Source: Deferribacterales bacterium Deferri_01 (lineage in GTDB: Bacteria > Chrysiogenota > Deferribacteres > Deferribacterales > Geovibrionaceae). Taken from it: a stretch of DNA of 64,000 nucleotides. The DNA lies in assembly GCA_001603805.1 (NCBI GenBank), contig LUZY01000013.1, positions 348,723 to 412,722 on the forward strand, written 5' to 3'. The position numbers and the translations under genes were made by a program. The notes beneath the pieces were generated by a model. That model had not been told where the DNA came from. It ran no database searches and saw nothing but the letters and a program-made list of their open reading frames with translations. Shown here in pieces: positions 9,870-19,976 of this stretch. The first letter of the stretch is position 1, and each line of letters starts with the position of its first letter.

Positions 9870-10916
9870 TTGAGCATCACCGGAAACTACATCGACATAA
9901 ACAAAATAAGTTTCAATGTATCAATAGAGGAGTGTTTTGCAAACCTCAAGCCGCATCCGAAATTTTCAGGATGTACATTTGACAATTACATTCCCGATGA
10001 AAATTTCCCCTCACAGCACTATATCAAAAATCTGCTGAAAGAGACAGTCGAGATAATGAAAAAGAAGAATGAAAAGCCTGTCAAAAAAGGATTTTCATTC
10101 TTTAAGCCAAAAAACACATTTGAAAAACCTCTGAACATTTATATTGACGGAAGCTACGGAATCGGCAAAACACACCTTCTCAGCGCCACATACAACATGA
10201 CAGACATGAAAAAAGCCTTTATGAGCTTTTCTGAAATGAATTATTTTTTCCATTACCTTGGAGTGGAAAAATGCATTGAGGAATTCTCCAAGCTCGATCT
10301 TCTTCTTGTGGATGAGTTTGAGCTTGATGATCCTGCTATGTGCCTGATAATGGTTCGTTTCTTTAAAGAGGTAAATAAAGACACGCTGATCGTGACTACG
10401 TCAAACACCCTGCCCACCGAGCTTGGCAAGCTGCGCTTTCAGGTGGACAGGTTTGAAAAAGAGATGGGAGTAATAGCCTCTACCTTCAAAACAGTAGTTG
10501 TTGAAGGTGAAGATTACCGCAAAAAACACAAAACATGGAAACGCAATATATCTACGGAGTCGTTCTTTGACTCATTCAATAACTATACATGCGAAAGCAA
10601 AGCAAAAACACGCACCGATTTTGACAAACTCATGAAAATACTTTCTGATAATCATCCTTTCAGATACTTCATGATTCCTTCAAACTGTGAGGCGATATTC
10701 ATTGACGGGCTTACACCTTTTAAAGATCTTAACAATGCGCTGCGCTTCAACCATCTGATTGATCACTGCTACTACTATAACACTAAGCTTTTTATCAAAT
10801 CCGACTATGAATTAAAGGATCTTTTCTCTGTTGAAATGCTGGAATCACCCTTTGAAAAGAAGCTGAAAAGGTGTCTTTCGAGGCTGGATGAGCTTGCGGT
10901 GTTCTACAGAAGCTGA
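9870..10916 (+). CDS. zapE: ZapE/AFG1-family ATPase
   Basis: Walker A GSYGIGKTHLL, then LLLVDEFELDDPAMCLIMVRFF...LIVTTSNTLPTEL...DYR. This matches the AFG1/ZapE pattern (DEF..D..DAM...TSN..P..LY...DYR). Confidence 0.55.
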   Translation: MSITGNYIDINKISFNVSIEECFANLKPHPKFSGCTFDNYIPDENFPSQHYIKNLLKETVEIMKKKNEKPVKKGFSFFKPKNTFEKPLNIYIDGSYGIGKTHLLSATYNMTDMKKAFMSFSEMNYFFHYLGVEKCIEEFSKLDLLLVDEFELDDPAMCLIMVRFFKEVNKDTLIVTTSNTLPTELGKLRFQVDRFEKEMGVIASTFKTVVVEGEDYRKKHKTWKRNISTESFFDSFNNYTCESKAKTRTDFDKLMKILSDNHPFRYFMIPSNCEAIFIDGLTPFKDLNNALRFNHLIDHCYYYNTKLFIKSDYELKDLFSVEMLESPFEKKLKRCLSRLDELAVFYRS

Positions 10917-10950
10917 TTAAGCCACCCGCAGAACACCTTCGCTCAGTATA

Positions 10951-12879
10951 TTAAGAATACTTGTTTATCATTACATTCAGCTTGCCGATAAAGTTTTCAA
11001 TCTCACTCTGAAGAGCATCAAGCTCGTCAGCAGGATTTTCTTTTCTCTCAAGCATATTTTTGATTTTCTGTGCCATGGCATGTATGTTTCTGTGCGGAGC
11101 ATCCAGAGCGGCAAAGTCTGAGTCACGCCCGAACTGTTCCTCACCCTCTCCTCTCATGAACTTGGTAAAGTCACAATCTTCAAACGATTTGATATTCACA
11201 CGCTCATTGTACATATAACCGTGGTAAACAGCCTTCATCATAAGAACATGACTCGCCTTGGCATGGATAAACGGAATTATTTTAGCATCAAGGGTAAACT
11301 TTTTAAGTTCGGATTCAGACTCGTCAAGCTGCTGAACGACAACCTCAACACCTTTTACCATTTTATCTATTCCGCCGGAGTTCATTTCACTCATTTTGGC
11401 AACATCTTCAATATTAACAGCAATCTGCGATGTTGCCGCTGACTGCTGCTGAACAGCAGTAGCAATGTGCATGAGAAGACCGTTAAGCTCCTCCACAGAC
11501 GCTTTGATGTCCATGAATTTTTCATTAGCGGTTATGACCTTGCTTCCCTGAAGGTTGACTATATCAAGGGCTTTCCCTGCGTTATCGACAGCCATCTGCA
11601 CCTTTGACTGCATAGAGCTTACCACATCAGTAATATCCGCTGCGGATTTGTGTGTTTTTTCAGCAAGCTTACGTACTTCATCCGCAACAACGGCAAAGCC
11701 CCTGCCCGCTTCACCTGCCCTTGCCGCCTCGATAGCTGCGTTCAGGGCGAGGAGATTTGTCTGTTCGGTAATATCAGTTATCACCTGAACAATGTCTCCG
11801 ACTTCTGTGGATGACTTCAGCAGATCCTGCATATCATCAGCCAGAGTATTCACAAGCCCGCTTACATTTGAGGCTAATTTTGTAGTCTCCTGCATAGCTT
11901 CTCCGCCGTCTTCAGAAAGGCGAAGAGTTTCGTCCGCTTTGGTGGAGGAGTTCTGTATATTTTCTGCTGAATCACGCACAGTGGCGCTTACTTCCTCACT
12001 GGCAGCAGCAACCTCCCCCGCAAGGCGAAGGGTTTCATCGTTCATCTTCTTAATCCGCATAGCAGAAAGAGACAAAGGCAAAACCTGTTCCATAACATTG
12101 GAGATTGACTTGAACGTTCCGGTTATGTCACGTCCGATAGTTTCCATAAATTTATTGTAACGGGCGGCAATTTCACCCATTTCATCCCGTGAGGCTATAT
12201 CTGACTTGAGGCTCAAATCAAGGTTTTCCGCCGCACTGACTATCGTATTCTGAAGCCTGTTAACATTCCTGATAACCAGTTTATTAACAAGGAAATAGAT
12301 GATAAACACCAGTGCCGCACCGCAGATAAGCACAAAAATGTCAGATATATACGACATACGCTGCACACTTATGAGCGCATCACGTTTAAGCTTTACAAGA
12401 TAATATGAATTAACCTTATCCTCTTCCCAGTCTGTGTGACAGCGCAGGCAGTATCCTATGGTTTTAACAGGAAAGTGGTAAACCACATTGCCGTTATCGT
12501 TAAAGCTCTCCTCGTGTTCAGGATTAAAATTATGCTGAACCTTCGTGCCGACTTTGCCGGGTTCTGATGAATAAGCCACCAAACCGTCCGTATGCACAAG
12601 GGAAAACTCCGCCACATCATGATATTTTCCTATTTCTGAGAGCATGTTTTTAAAAACGTGCATGTTTCCTTTCTTTAGGGAGTCATAGGTGGACATGAAG
12701 ATCATATCCTTAAGCTGGTTCATATAGCCGGAAAGAGCAGTTTCAACACGGTGAAGTCTTATACTGTCAAGCACAAGCACACCGAACACAGTAACAGCCA
12801 CAAGCAGAGAGGATGCTATAGCCATTTTTACATTAAGGGAAAGACCATCCAGATAGCGCATAAAATTCTTAAAACTCAT
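10951..12879 (-). CDS. Methyl-accepting chemotaxis protein with a periplasmic c-type haem motif (CXXCH) and a C-terminal CZB-like zinc-binding domain
   Basis: Layout: TM1, a periplasmic domain of about 145 aa containing CLRCH, TM2, a HAMP-like segment and the MCP signalling domain ([32 protein letters not shown]). The C-terminal 110 aa match the CZB pattern H-x24-C-x-F-x-x-F-x21-HRNIH. The start overlaps the hydrogenase small-subunit stop by 4 nt. Confidence 0.9.
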   Translation of the reverse strand: MSFKNFMRYLDGLSLNVKMAIASSLLVAVTVFGVLVLDSIRLHRVETALSGYMNQLKDMIFMSTYDSLKKGNMHVFKNMLSEIGKYHDVAEFSLVHTDGLVAYSSEPGKVGTKVQHNFNPEHEESFNDNGNVVYHFPVKTIGYCLRCHTDWEEDKVNSYYLVKLKRDALISVQRMSYISDIFVLICGAALVFIIYFLVNKLVIRNVNRLQNTIVSAAENLDLSLKSDIASRDEMGEIAARYNKFMETIGRDITGTFKSISNVMEQVLPLSLSAMRIKKMNDETLRLAGEVAAASEEVSATVRDSAENIQNSSTKADETLRLSEDGGEAMQETTKLASNVSGLVNTLADDMQDLLKSSTEVGDIVQVITDITEQTNLLALNAAIEAARAGEAGRGFAVVADEVRKLAEKTHKSAADITDVVSSMQSKVQMAVDNAGKALDIVNLQGSKVITANEKFMDIKASVEELNGLLMHIATAVQQQSAATSQIAVNIEDVAKMSEMNSGGIDKMVKGVEVVVQQLDESESELKKFTLDAKIIPFIHAKASHVLMMKAVYHGYMYNERVNIKSFEDCDFTKFMRGEGEEQFGRDSDFAALDAPHRNIHAMAQKIKNMLERKENPADELDALQSEIENFIGKLNVMINKYS

Positions 12880-13835
12880 CTGCGCCCTCCTTTTTCAGAG
12901 TATGTTTTAAACTCACTCCACGGAACATCCTCAACATTTTTAGCTTCAATGTATATATCAGAAGTGAAAGGCCATTTTTCATTAACACAGCCAACACAGG
13001 GAGCATTGCTCTCCACGCAGACGTTCACACTGCCGTTCCATCTTCTCGTGGGGCAATCAGCCTTTGTTATTGTTCCTCTGCACCCTTTTTTCAAGAGGCA
13101 GGAATGTTTATCTGTATTGTAGTCTTCAAGATAGATATCCTGTGAGAAATACTGAAAACGGGGACAGTTATTGTGTATAAGCTCGCCGAAGTATTTTACA
13201 GGTATGCCGTCCTTAAGTTCAGGGAGTTTTCCTGTGGCGATGAGGTATGCAACCGTACCCATAAACCTGTCCGGCTGTATGGGGCATCCGGGAATCTTCA
13301 CCAAAGGCTTTTTGATGCCGACCATCTGCATATATTTTTCAACGGACACAGCGCCGGTTTCATTCATTCCCGAAGCAGGTATTCCACCGAAGCAGGAGCA
13401 GGAGCCGCAGGCAATAACCGCAGCCGCTTTTTCCATATGCTTTTTAAGCTCATCGTATAAAGTATGCTCGCCAAGCATGCAGGCTTTTTTCATTTTCACC
13501 GGAACACTGCCTTCAACCACAAGCACATGCCCGCCCTTAGCCGATACGGTGTCAAGTATCTTAAGATAGCTTTCACCCTGACTGAAAGAAAGGTTGGGAT
13601 GAACCTGAAGCCGGATAAGCTTCATAATAAAGTCTATAAAGTTTGTTTCATTGCCATATGTCAGGGATATGGAACAGCCTGTGCAGCTTTGCCCCTGAAT
13701 GAAAGAGACCAGAGGTCTGTCGGATGCGGCTATCTTCATGAAGCCTTCGGCAATATCCGTACCGAACATCTCCACTCCGAACGCAGCAACTGAAACATCT
13801 CTGCATCTTTTGAGAAATTCTCTTCTGCTTATCAT
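12876..13835 (-). CDS. [NiFe]-hydrogenase small subunit
   Basis: Proximal-cluster motifs QSCTGCS and [11 protein letters not shown], and distal-cluster H-x2-C (HNNCPRF). N-terminal RREFLK resembles a Tat motif but is followed by a weak h-region. 319 aa. Confidence 0.9.
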   Translation of the reverse strand: MISRREFLKRCRDVSVAAFGVEMFGTDIAEGFMKIAASDRPLVSFIQGQSCTGCSISLTYGNETNFIDFIMKLIRLQVHPNLSFSQGESYLKILDTVSAKGGHVLVVEGSVPVKMKKACMLGEHTLYDELKKHMEKAAAVIACGSCSCFGGIPASGMNETGAVSVEKYMQMVGIKKPLVKIPGCPIQPDRFMGTVAYLIATGKLPELKDGIPVKYFGELIHNNCPRFQYFSQDIYLEDYNTDKHSCLLKKGCRGTITKADCPTRRWNGSVNVCVESNAPCVGCVNEKWPFTSDIYIEAKNVEDVPWSEFKTYSEKGGRR

Positions 13836-13844
13836 ATCTAAACC

Positions 13845-15287
13845 CTAATGAACTGAGCAGGCTGTGCAAGGGTCAAAACTTCTCACAACCCTGCCAACCT
13901 CTATCGAGCCGCCTTCGCCGCCAAAGCGTACGGGCGTTCCTGTTATTGCCTTTTCCACAACCCCTGCTTTACCGTCAGCAGCAGGACCAAAATTCCATGT
14001 GGAAGGGACAATCATTTTATAATCAGTCACTTTACCCTTCTCCGCAGTAATGTGATGAACAAGCGCGCCTCTGGCAGCAACGGAAAAACCTATTCCCTGC
14101 CCGCTTATGGGAGCCTGAAGGTCAACAGGACGGATTGTAGGCTCATCCAAACGGAAATCCTCTGAGCGTTCAAAGAGATAATTGCACAGAATCACAGATT
14201 CGTAAGCTCTGGCAACTATCCTTGACATTGTCGAGGATGTTATGGAGGAAACACCAAGCCTTGATAAAACCGACTTAAAGCCTGCGTCATTATTTACCGC
14301 AAATCTTGCCACAGGACCGACTTCAAGAGGATAACCTTCATATCTGGGAGCCTTTATCCAGCTGTAGGCACCCTTTCTGTTTTCATCTGGTTTTCCGGAA
14401 TTGTCATAAAAAGACGCTGAGAGAAGTTCCTTAACCTTTGCATAGTCAAATTTTCTTTTTTCTCCGCCGATTATAACTCCGGCATTGAAAAGATTATTGC
14501 CCTTGGAGTTTTTGAAGGACGAGTGGGCATAAAATGTATTGTATGTTTCGCCTATTTTAAAATACTGCGGATAACGGCGTGCTATTTCAAGAGCATCCGG
14601 CAGAAAAGAATTATTTACAAAATCTGCCGTTTTCTCCAGTACGTGATAATATTTCATCAGAGTGTCGGCAGTTATCTCAGTTGTGATACCGCCGGGCAGA
14701 AGGGCGTGGATAAATGGAACTTTTCCGCCCAGAAGAGCAAGACCGGAAGCAGCTTCACTGCGTATTTTAAGCGCTTCAAAGTAATTAAGAGCAAGTCTGT
14801 ATACAGTTTCCCTGTCTCTTATATAGTCTCCTTCCGCAGCACCGCTTATGAAAGCAGTACCGGATCCGCGCATCCACCCTGCTATGTCCTTAAGACGGGT
14901 GTCATTTCCGCTGTATGTTGCTGCTACAGAAAGATCGGCATAATCAGGAAGGCAAAGATTGTAAAAGTGAAGCATGTGGTCGGTAACTATATGAAGCCCC
15001 AGAATCATGTCTCTGAGAACAACACCGTTTTCCGGCGGTGTTACACGGTATATTTCCTCCAGTGCCATAACAGAAGAGACGCCGTGAACCTCGTGGCATA
15101 CTCCGCATATGCGCTGGGCTATCCTTGCCGAGTCTACAGGATGTCTGCCAAGAAGCATTCTTTCAAAGCCTCTGTACATGTTCCCCGCAACTCTTGCACT
15201 GGTAACTGTTCCTGAATCAATTTCCGTTTCTATTTTGAGGTGTCCCTCTATTCTGGAAATAGGGTCTACGGATAAAATGCGAGCCAT
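13845..15287 (-). CDS. [NiFe]-hydrogenase large subunit lacking the C-terminal maturation extension (sensory/regulatory-type or group 4-like)
   Basis: N-terminal Ni-binding motif RICGVCHEVH. The C-terminus is ...DPCTACSVH followed directly by the stop codon, so there is no endopeptidase-cleaved tail. 480 aa, similar in size to HoxC/HupV. Confidence 0.9.
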   Translation of the reverse strand: MARILSVDPISRIEGHLKIETEIDSGTVTSARVAGNMYRGFERMLLGRHPVDSARIAQRICGVCHEVHGVSSVMALEEIYRVTPPENGVVLRDMILGLHIVTDHMLHFYNLCLPDYADLSVAATYSGNDTRLKDIAGWMRGSGTAFISGAAEGDYIRDRETVYRLALNYFEALKIRSEAASGLALLGGKVPFIHALLPGGITTEITADTLMKYYHVLEKTADFVNNSFLPDALEIARRYPQYFKIGETYNTFYAHSSFKNSKGNNLFNAGVIIGGEKRKFDYAKVKELLSASFYDNSGKPDENRKGAYSWIKAPRYEGYPLEVGPVARFAVNNDAGFKSVLSRLGVSSITSSTMSRIVARAYESVILCNYLFERSEDFRLDEPTIRPVDLQAPISGQGIGFSVAARGALVHHITAEKGKVTDYKMIVPSTWNFGPAADGKAGVVEKAITGTPVRFGGEGGSIEVGRVVRSFDPCTACSVH

Positions 15288-15450
15288 TAATCCCCCTTGT
15301 ATTACAGATCATCAAACATGGATGACACTATTTTCACTTTATTAATAAAAATTTGAACGAAATCTTACAACACGACAAATTTATGTCAACATGTATATTA
15401 GCCTTTATTATAGTGACTATTTGATAAAACAATGTTTAAATTTGTCAGAT

Positions 15451-15467
15451 GGTATGACCGTCATACC
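15451..15467. promoter_or_regulatory. Perfect 17-bp palindrome GGTATGACCGTCATACC, about 165 bp upstream of the hydrogenase large-subunit start. Candidate operator.
   Basis: The inverted repeat is visible directly in the AT-rich 446-bp region (15288-15733) between the XRE/cupin regulator gene and the hydrogenase operon. Confidence 0.4.
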
Positions 15468-15733
15468 GTAAAAATAATATCCTTATTTTCAATGAGTTAG
15501 AAAATGTTAATCAATAATTAAGACTTTTAAGATTAGATTTGCCTTCAACCGAAGAGGAGAAACATATAAAAGCGTTATACTTATTATTTAGGATAAATCG
15601 TGCATAAAACAAAAGCATATGCTGTTTTGAAAATGCGATTAAAGAAATCTCACTGATACGGATACAACGGTATTGTATTCGCTTAACATAGAAAAAAAAT
15701 CAGATTAACCGGAATATATAGAGGAAATAACTG

Positions 15734-16327
15734 TTATTTGTCCTTTTTTTCGAGATGTTCTTTTAAACCTTCTGTTTTCAGGAGAATTCCGATAACTTTC
15801 GCTTCTCCCGAAGGGCACTCAAGGTAGTGAGGTATACGGGAGTTAAAGGCTATTGAATCACCTTCTTCCATTTCGATTACTTCATCATTGAGATAAAGAT
15901 TAATCTGCCCTCGCTGAAGATAGACATACTCATAGCCTTCATGATTGAAAAGCTTTTTATCATTACCGCTTTCTTTGATAGTAACCATATATATCTCAAG
16001 ATTTTCAAAACCGTGTACCTTTGCCAGCTCTTCATAAATATAGCCGTGCTTTACTCCTTCGCGGAATATAAGTTTGCGGTCATTTCTTTTAACCATATGG
16101 TAGTCATTGTAGTCTATTTCTTCTTCAAAGAAGTAAGTCATTTTTACATTTAAAACTTTAGCTATTTTGGAAAGAGTGTTTATAGGTGGGGTGACAACAT
16201 TGTTTTCTATCTGGGAGATAAGAGCTTTAGAGAAACCTGTGTACGATGCAACATCCTGTAGGGTTAGCCCTCTCTGGTTTCTGATCTTTCTGACTCTCTC
16301 GCCGATTTTAATGACGTGTTCTGACAT
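15734..16327 (-). CDS. XRE-family HTH + cupin domain transcriptional regulator
   Basis: N-terminal HTH_3 (IGERVRKIRNQRGLTLQDVASYTGFSKALISQIENN) and a C-terminal cupin fold (GDSIAFNSRIPHYLECPSGEAKVIGIL). Confidence 0.8.
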   Translation of the reverse strand: MSEHVIKIGERVRKIRNQRGLTLQDVASYTGFSKALISQIENNVVTPPINTLSKIAKVLNVKMTYFFEEEIDYNDYHMVKRNDRKLIFREGVKHGYIYEELAKVHGFENLEIYMVTIKESGNDKKLFNHEGYEYVYLQRGQINLYLNDEVIEMEEGDSIAFNSRIPHYLECPSGEAKVIGILLKTEGLKEHLEKKDK

Positions 16328-16569
16328 CTCCCACCTTTATTCGTTTAATTTAATCAACTTTTGTTAAGGTATATTTAAAACAATCAGAGTTGTCAACCAT
16401 AATCATGCGAAAAATTAAAACAAAAAGGTTAAATATGCTCAAAACATATGTCAGCTAAATAAAAAAGTGAAAACTCACTTCCATTGTTTCACAAAATATG
16501 AGAATATACACATTAAAATCATGTGTCTTCGCATTCTTTGTTATGCAGCATGTTTTTAGGGAGGCTTTT

Positions 16570-16965
16570 ATGAAAGCATACGATGTTCTTTTAATAGATG
16601 AAGATAAATCTTTCACAGAAACAGTGAGAACAGAACTCCAGAAAGCAGGGATAGGAGCTGCCTCTGCAAACTGCAAGGGCGAGGCTTTTTACTGCCTTGA
16701 AAAGAAGCATCAGGACGGCGAAAACTTTTATCTCGTTGTAATGGATATGCACTGCAAGTTTATCACCCCTGACGAAGTTAAAAGTGTAATAAACTCCCTC
16801 GGCGGGGTTATGCCGCACCTGCTTTTTTCCACAAGTGCAGACAAGATGCTTCAGAAAAATATAGGCGGAGATGCGTTCAAGCCGAAACTTCTTCTTGAAC
16901 GCATGCTGAAAATTCTGATTAACCACCCTTCCATTGCCGGAAAAATAGACAGAAGCTGCTGCTAA
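16570..16965 (+). CDS. Stand-alone CheY-like receiver domain protein
   Basis: Start refined to the ATG after an AGGGAGG ribosome-binding site (MKAYDVLLIDEDK...). Receiver hallmarks: an acidic pair (IDED), a phospho-acceptor-like D in LVVMDMH, T/S in LLFSTSAD and a conserved KP (FKPKLL). The track ORF starts 24 codons earlier with no RBS. Confidence 0.6.
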   Translation: MKAYDVLLIDEDKSFTETVRTELQKAGIGAASANCKGEAFYCLEKKHQDGENFYLVVMDMHCKFITPDEVKSVINSLGGVMPHLLFSTSADKMLQKNIGGDAFKPKLLLERMLKILINHPSIAGKIDRSCC

Positions 16966-19247
16966 AACTCCACAACAGTAACCGCCTGACCGCCCTCTTC
17001 ATTTGAGGCAAGGGCATACTTCTTCACCCTGCGGTCACGGCGCATATACTCATGCAGCCCTTTACGAAGCTGACCTGTTCCGCGACCGTGTACTATGTAT
17101 ATCTTTTCAAAACCGCTTAAGAGCGACTCGTCCATAAATTTATCAAGTTCATCAACGGCTTCCTCGACCCTTTTGCCCACAAGAAGAATCTCTCTGCGGA
17201 AAGCGGGTACAGCTTCTGTTTTGAGCTTCACATCTTTAACTCTTTCCTCTTCCTGAAGTTTTTTGCCGATTATATCCGCACGCTTCATTTTAATTTTGAG
17301 CCCGCCAAGATCAAGGGAAACAACATTACCCTCTATTGCGGTAATTTTGCCGCTCTTTTCGTATTTTTCAAGGAATATAATGTCGCCGTTTTGGATATCA
17401 CGCACAGGCTTAAGCTTTTTCTTCAAAACAGTAAGTTTTTCTGCCGATTTTTCCATACCTTCAAGGGCTTCTGCTTTATCTATCTTCCCCTGTTTTTCTC
17501 CGGCGAGTCGTTTTGCCCTCTCAAAAAGACGCATAGCTTCCTCAAGAAGCTCTGTTTCTTTCTTATCAAGCCTTTGCTTGAGGCTCTTTTCCTTCTCCTC
17601 AAAAACAGCCTGACGCTCCAGAAGCTCCAGCTTTCTGCTGCGGTAGATTTCTTTCTCTTTTATCAGCTCTGACTTAAGTCTGTTAACTTCCTCTATGCCT
17701 ATTTCAAGAGAGTTTTTTGCTTCTTCAATGAGTTCTTCAGCCCGTTTTACCACACCCTCCGGAAAACCAAGACGCTTGGAGATAACCAGCGGATCAGACT
17801 TGCCGGCAACACCTTTCTGGAGGCTGTATTTCGGTTCAAATGTTTTATAGTCGAACTCAACTGAAAAGATCGCAGAATCCGCCCTGGAAAGGGCAAAGTT
17901 TTTTATCTCCGCAAAGTGTGTGGTGACAAAAGTTACAGCACCTTTTCCCGCCAGACTTTCACATACAGCAACAGCAATCGCCGCTCCTTCTCTGGGCTCG
18001 GTACCTGTACCAAGCTCATCCATAAGCACAAGGCTGTCAGAAGATGCTGCGGACAGTATGTCACGTATATTAACCATGTGAGATGAAAATGTGCTTAAGT
18101 CCATAACAAGTGACTGATGGTCACCTATATCCGCCAAAACATTCTTTATTCTGAAAAGTTTGGCGGACTTACCCATGAGCGGTAATCCGCAGGAGGCAAT
18201 TATGTGATTAAGCCCCAGTGATTTCAGCGCAGCCGTCTTACCGCCGGTGTTAGGACCGGAGATAACGCCTATATTCTCACCCTTCTCCATTCTTATACTC
18301 AAAGGAACAGAGTCGTTCTTCTTTTCAAGAAGGATTATAGGATGATGCACCCTGTCAAACTCCAGCACTTCACCGAAAACAGGCATGCAATGTGGTTTTT
18401 GTTTGTAGAACTGTGCTGTCTCCAGAAAAAAAGCCACTTCACCGTAGTTTTCAGTAGTGGAGCGGACTTCCCTGCGTTTTTCATAAATACTTCTGATTAT
18501 GGAGCTTAAGATCCTGAAGATCTCTTTGCGCTCTTCCGCTTTGAGTTCGTGGTGAGTATTGTTCATGGAAACGGTGGATTCCGGCTCCACAAACAATGTC
18601 TGCCCGCTGGCGGAGCGGTCGTGGACTATACCGTCGATATATTGACGGAAATTACTTTTGCAGGGAAGCGTAAAACGCCCGCTGCGCTCTGTTATCACAA
18701 GTTCCTGAATAAACTTTTCAGCGTTCAGGCTGTACAGAACAGAGTTCAGAGAGTTATGTATCTTCTTTCTGACGGCTTGCAGCTCGTTTCTTATCTCTTT
18801 AAGCCGGGGGGAAGCGTCATCACGGATATCGCCTTTATCGTTAAGCACTTCACCTATTGCCGTTGTGATATCGCTTAATGCGGACATTCCTTTAAGATAA
18901 GCTTTAAGATTCACCGCTCCTGCGTCTATCAATGCCGCCTTCAGAGCCGCAGCATTCATAAGAAATTTGCGTATTTCCATCAGTTCCTGCGGTTCAAAAA
19001 ATGCAAGAGGATCATTTATCCGGGGATAAACCGCAAGATAATCTTCATCACGTTCAATACGCAGGCTTACGGATTTCACAAGCCCAAGGGCCTCCTCCAT
19101 AACATCCTGACGCATTTTTATTGTCTCATAATCCCCGAAGGGCTCAAGTTTTTCCAGCACCTGAGCAGAAAGACTTGAAACGAATGAACCTCTAAGATAT
19201 TGTCTGAATAGGGGAAACTCTAATGATTCTATGTGGGAGTCTGTCAA
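16962..19247 (-). CDS. mutS2: Endonuclease MutS2 (MutS domains + C-terminal Smr)
   Basis: Walker A GPNTGGKT, MutS family core and C-terminal Smr domain (IVHGRGTGQLRKGLHEYM). 761 aa. Confidence 0.9.
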   Translation of the reverse strand: MTDSHIESLEFPLFRQYLRGSFVSSLSAQVLEKLEPFGDYETIKMRQDVMEEALGLVKSVSLRIERDEDYLAVYPRINDPLAFFEPQELMEIRKFLMNAAALKAALIDAGAVNLKAYLKGMSALSDITTAIGEVLNDKGDIRDDASPRLKEIRNELQAVRKKIHNSLNSVLYSLNAEKFIQELVITERSGRFTLPCKSNFRQYIDGIVHDRSASGQTLFVEPESTVSMNNTHHELKAEERKEIFRILSSIIRSIYEKRREVRSTTENYGEVAFFLETAQFYKQKPHCMPVFGEVLEFDRVHHPIILLEKKNDSVPLSIRMEKGENIGVISGPNTGGKTAALKSLGLNHIIASCGLPLMGKSAKLFRIKNVLADIGDHQSLVMDLSTFSSHMVNIRDILSAASSDSLVLMDELGTGTEPREGAAIAVAVCESLAGKGAVTFVTTHFAEIKNFALSRADSAIFSVEFDYKTFEPKYSLQKGVAGKSDPLVISKRLGFPEGVVKRAEELIEEAKNSLEIGIEEVNRLKSELIKEKEIYRSRKLELLERQAVFEEKEKSLKQRLDKKETELLEEAMRLFERAKRLAGEKQGKIDKAEALEGMEKSAEKLTVLKKKLKPVRDIQNGDIIFLEKYEKSGKITAIEGNVVSLDLGGLKIKMKRADIIGKKLQEEERVKDVKLKTEAVPAFRREILLVGKRVEEAVDELDKFMDESLLSGFEKIYIVHGRGTGQLRKGLHEYMRRDRRVKKYALASNEEGGQAVTVVEF

Positions 19248-19265
19248 AATTATGCCACCGTTTTT

Positions 19266-19976
19266 TTATTGATCGGACTGCGGGGCAAGGAGTTTTTCAG
19301 CCAGAGCATCTTTTTCTTCTCTGGTCATGTCTTTTATTTTATCCATGATGTCTTCTGTTTTCTCTTCTGCCCCGTCCTTGATATTTTCAGCGGATTCTTT
19401 AACCTTTTCAAGGGCCTTCTGCCCATGGTCACCGCCGAAAATTTCAATTGGCTCAAGCTCTATCTTCTCTTCACGGAAGGGGTTAATCTGCGAGCCGCCG
19501 AACTTGTTCACTATGTCGTATATAACAGGGGAAAGCTTTATGAGAAATCCTGAAACTGCGCCGTTTTTCGTTGTTTTCACAAATCCTGAGTCCTTCGGCA
19601 TGAAGGAAACAAAGGATGTGAGGATAACAGAAAGTATAACAGCCGCCTTAAAAGCGCCGAAAACCATTCCGCCGCCCCTGTTCACTTCGGAAAGGGACAC
19701 GTTTTTGATAATCTTACTTATAAAAACAGCAACTATCATCACTATAAGGTACGTGACAATGAAAACTATCACAAAACCGAGTGCGCTTAAGGATTTCTCT
19801 GACAAATCGAATGATTTGAACAGGCTTCCCACCGTCAGGGAATATTTATAAGCCACTACGTAGCCGGCTATTATAGCCGCCACGCCGAAAAGCTCATGCA
19901 CAAGCCCTTTGATGAGCCCGCGCACGGCAAATGCGCCGATTAGTATCAGCAGTACAATATCAGTTATTTCCATCAA
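19266..19976 (-). CDS. cvpA: CvpA-family membrane protein with a charged C-terminal extension
   Basis: N-terminal CvpA pattern with four TM helices (DIVLLILIGAFAVRGLIKGLVHELFGV...) and an acidic C-terminal tail. Confidence 0.75.
   Translation of the reverse strand: MMEITDIVLLILIGAFAVRGLIKGLVHELFGVAAIIAGYVVAYKYSLTVGSLFKSFDLSEKSLSALGFVIVFIVTYLIVMIVAVFISKIIKNVSLSEVNRGGGMVFGAFKAAVILSVILTSFVSFMPKDSGFVKTTKNGAVSGFLIKLSPVIYDIVNKFGGSQINPFREEKIELEPIEIFGGDHGQKALEKVKESAENIKDGAEEKTEDIMDKIKDMTREEKDALAEKLLAPQSDQ

Noticed and set aside
12876-13835. Tat-exported (periplasmic uptake) hydrogenase interpretation, based on the RREFLK motif at the small-subunit N-terminus
   Set aside because: The hydrophobic region after RREFLK is short and interrupted by charge ([13 protein letters not shown]). 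The large subunit has no C-terminal extension, and that extension accompanies every known Tat-exported [NiFe] enzyme. A cytoplasmic sensory or group-4-like enzyme is therefore more consistent.
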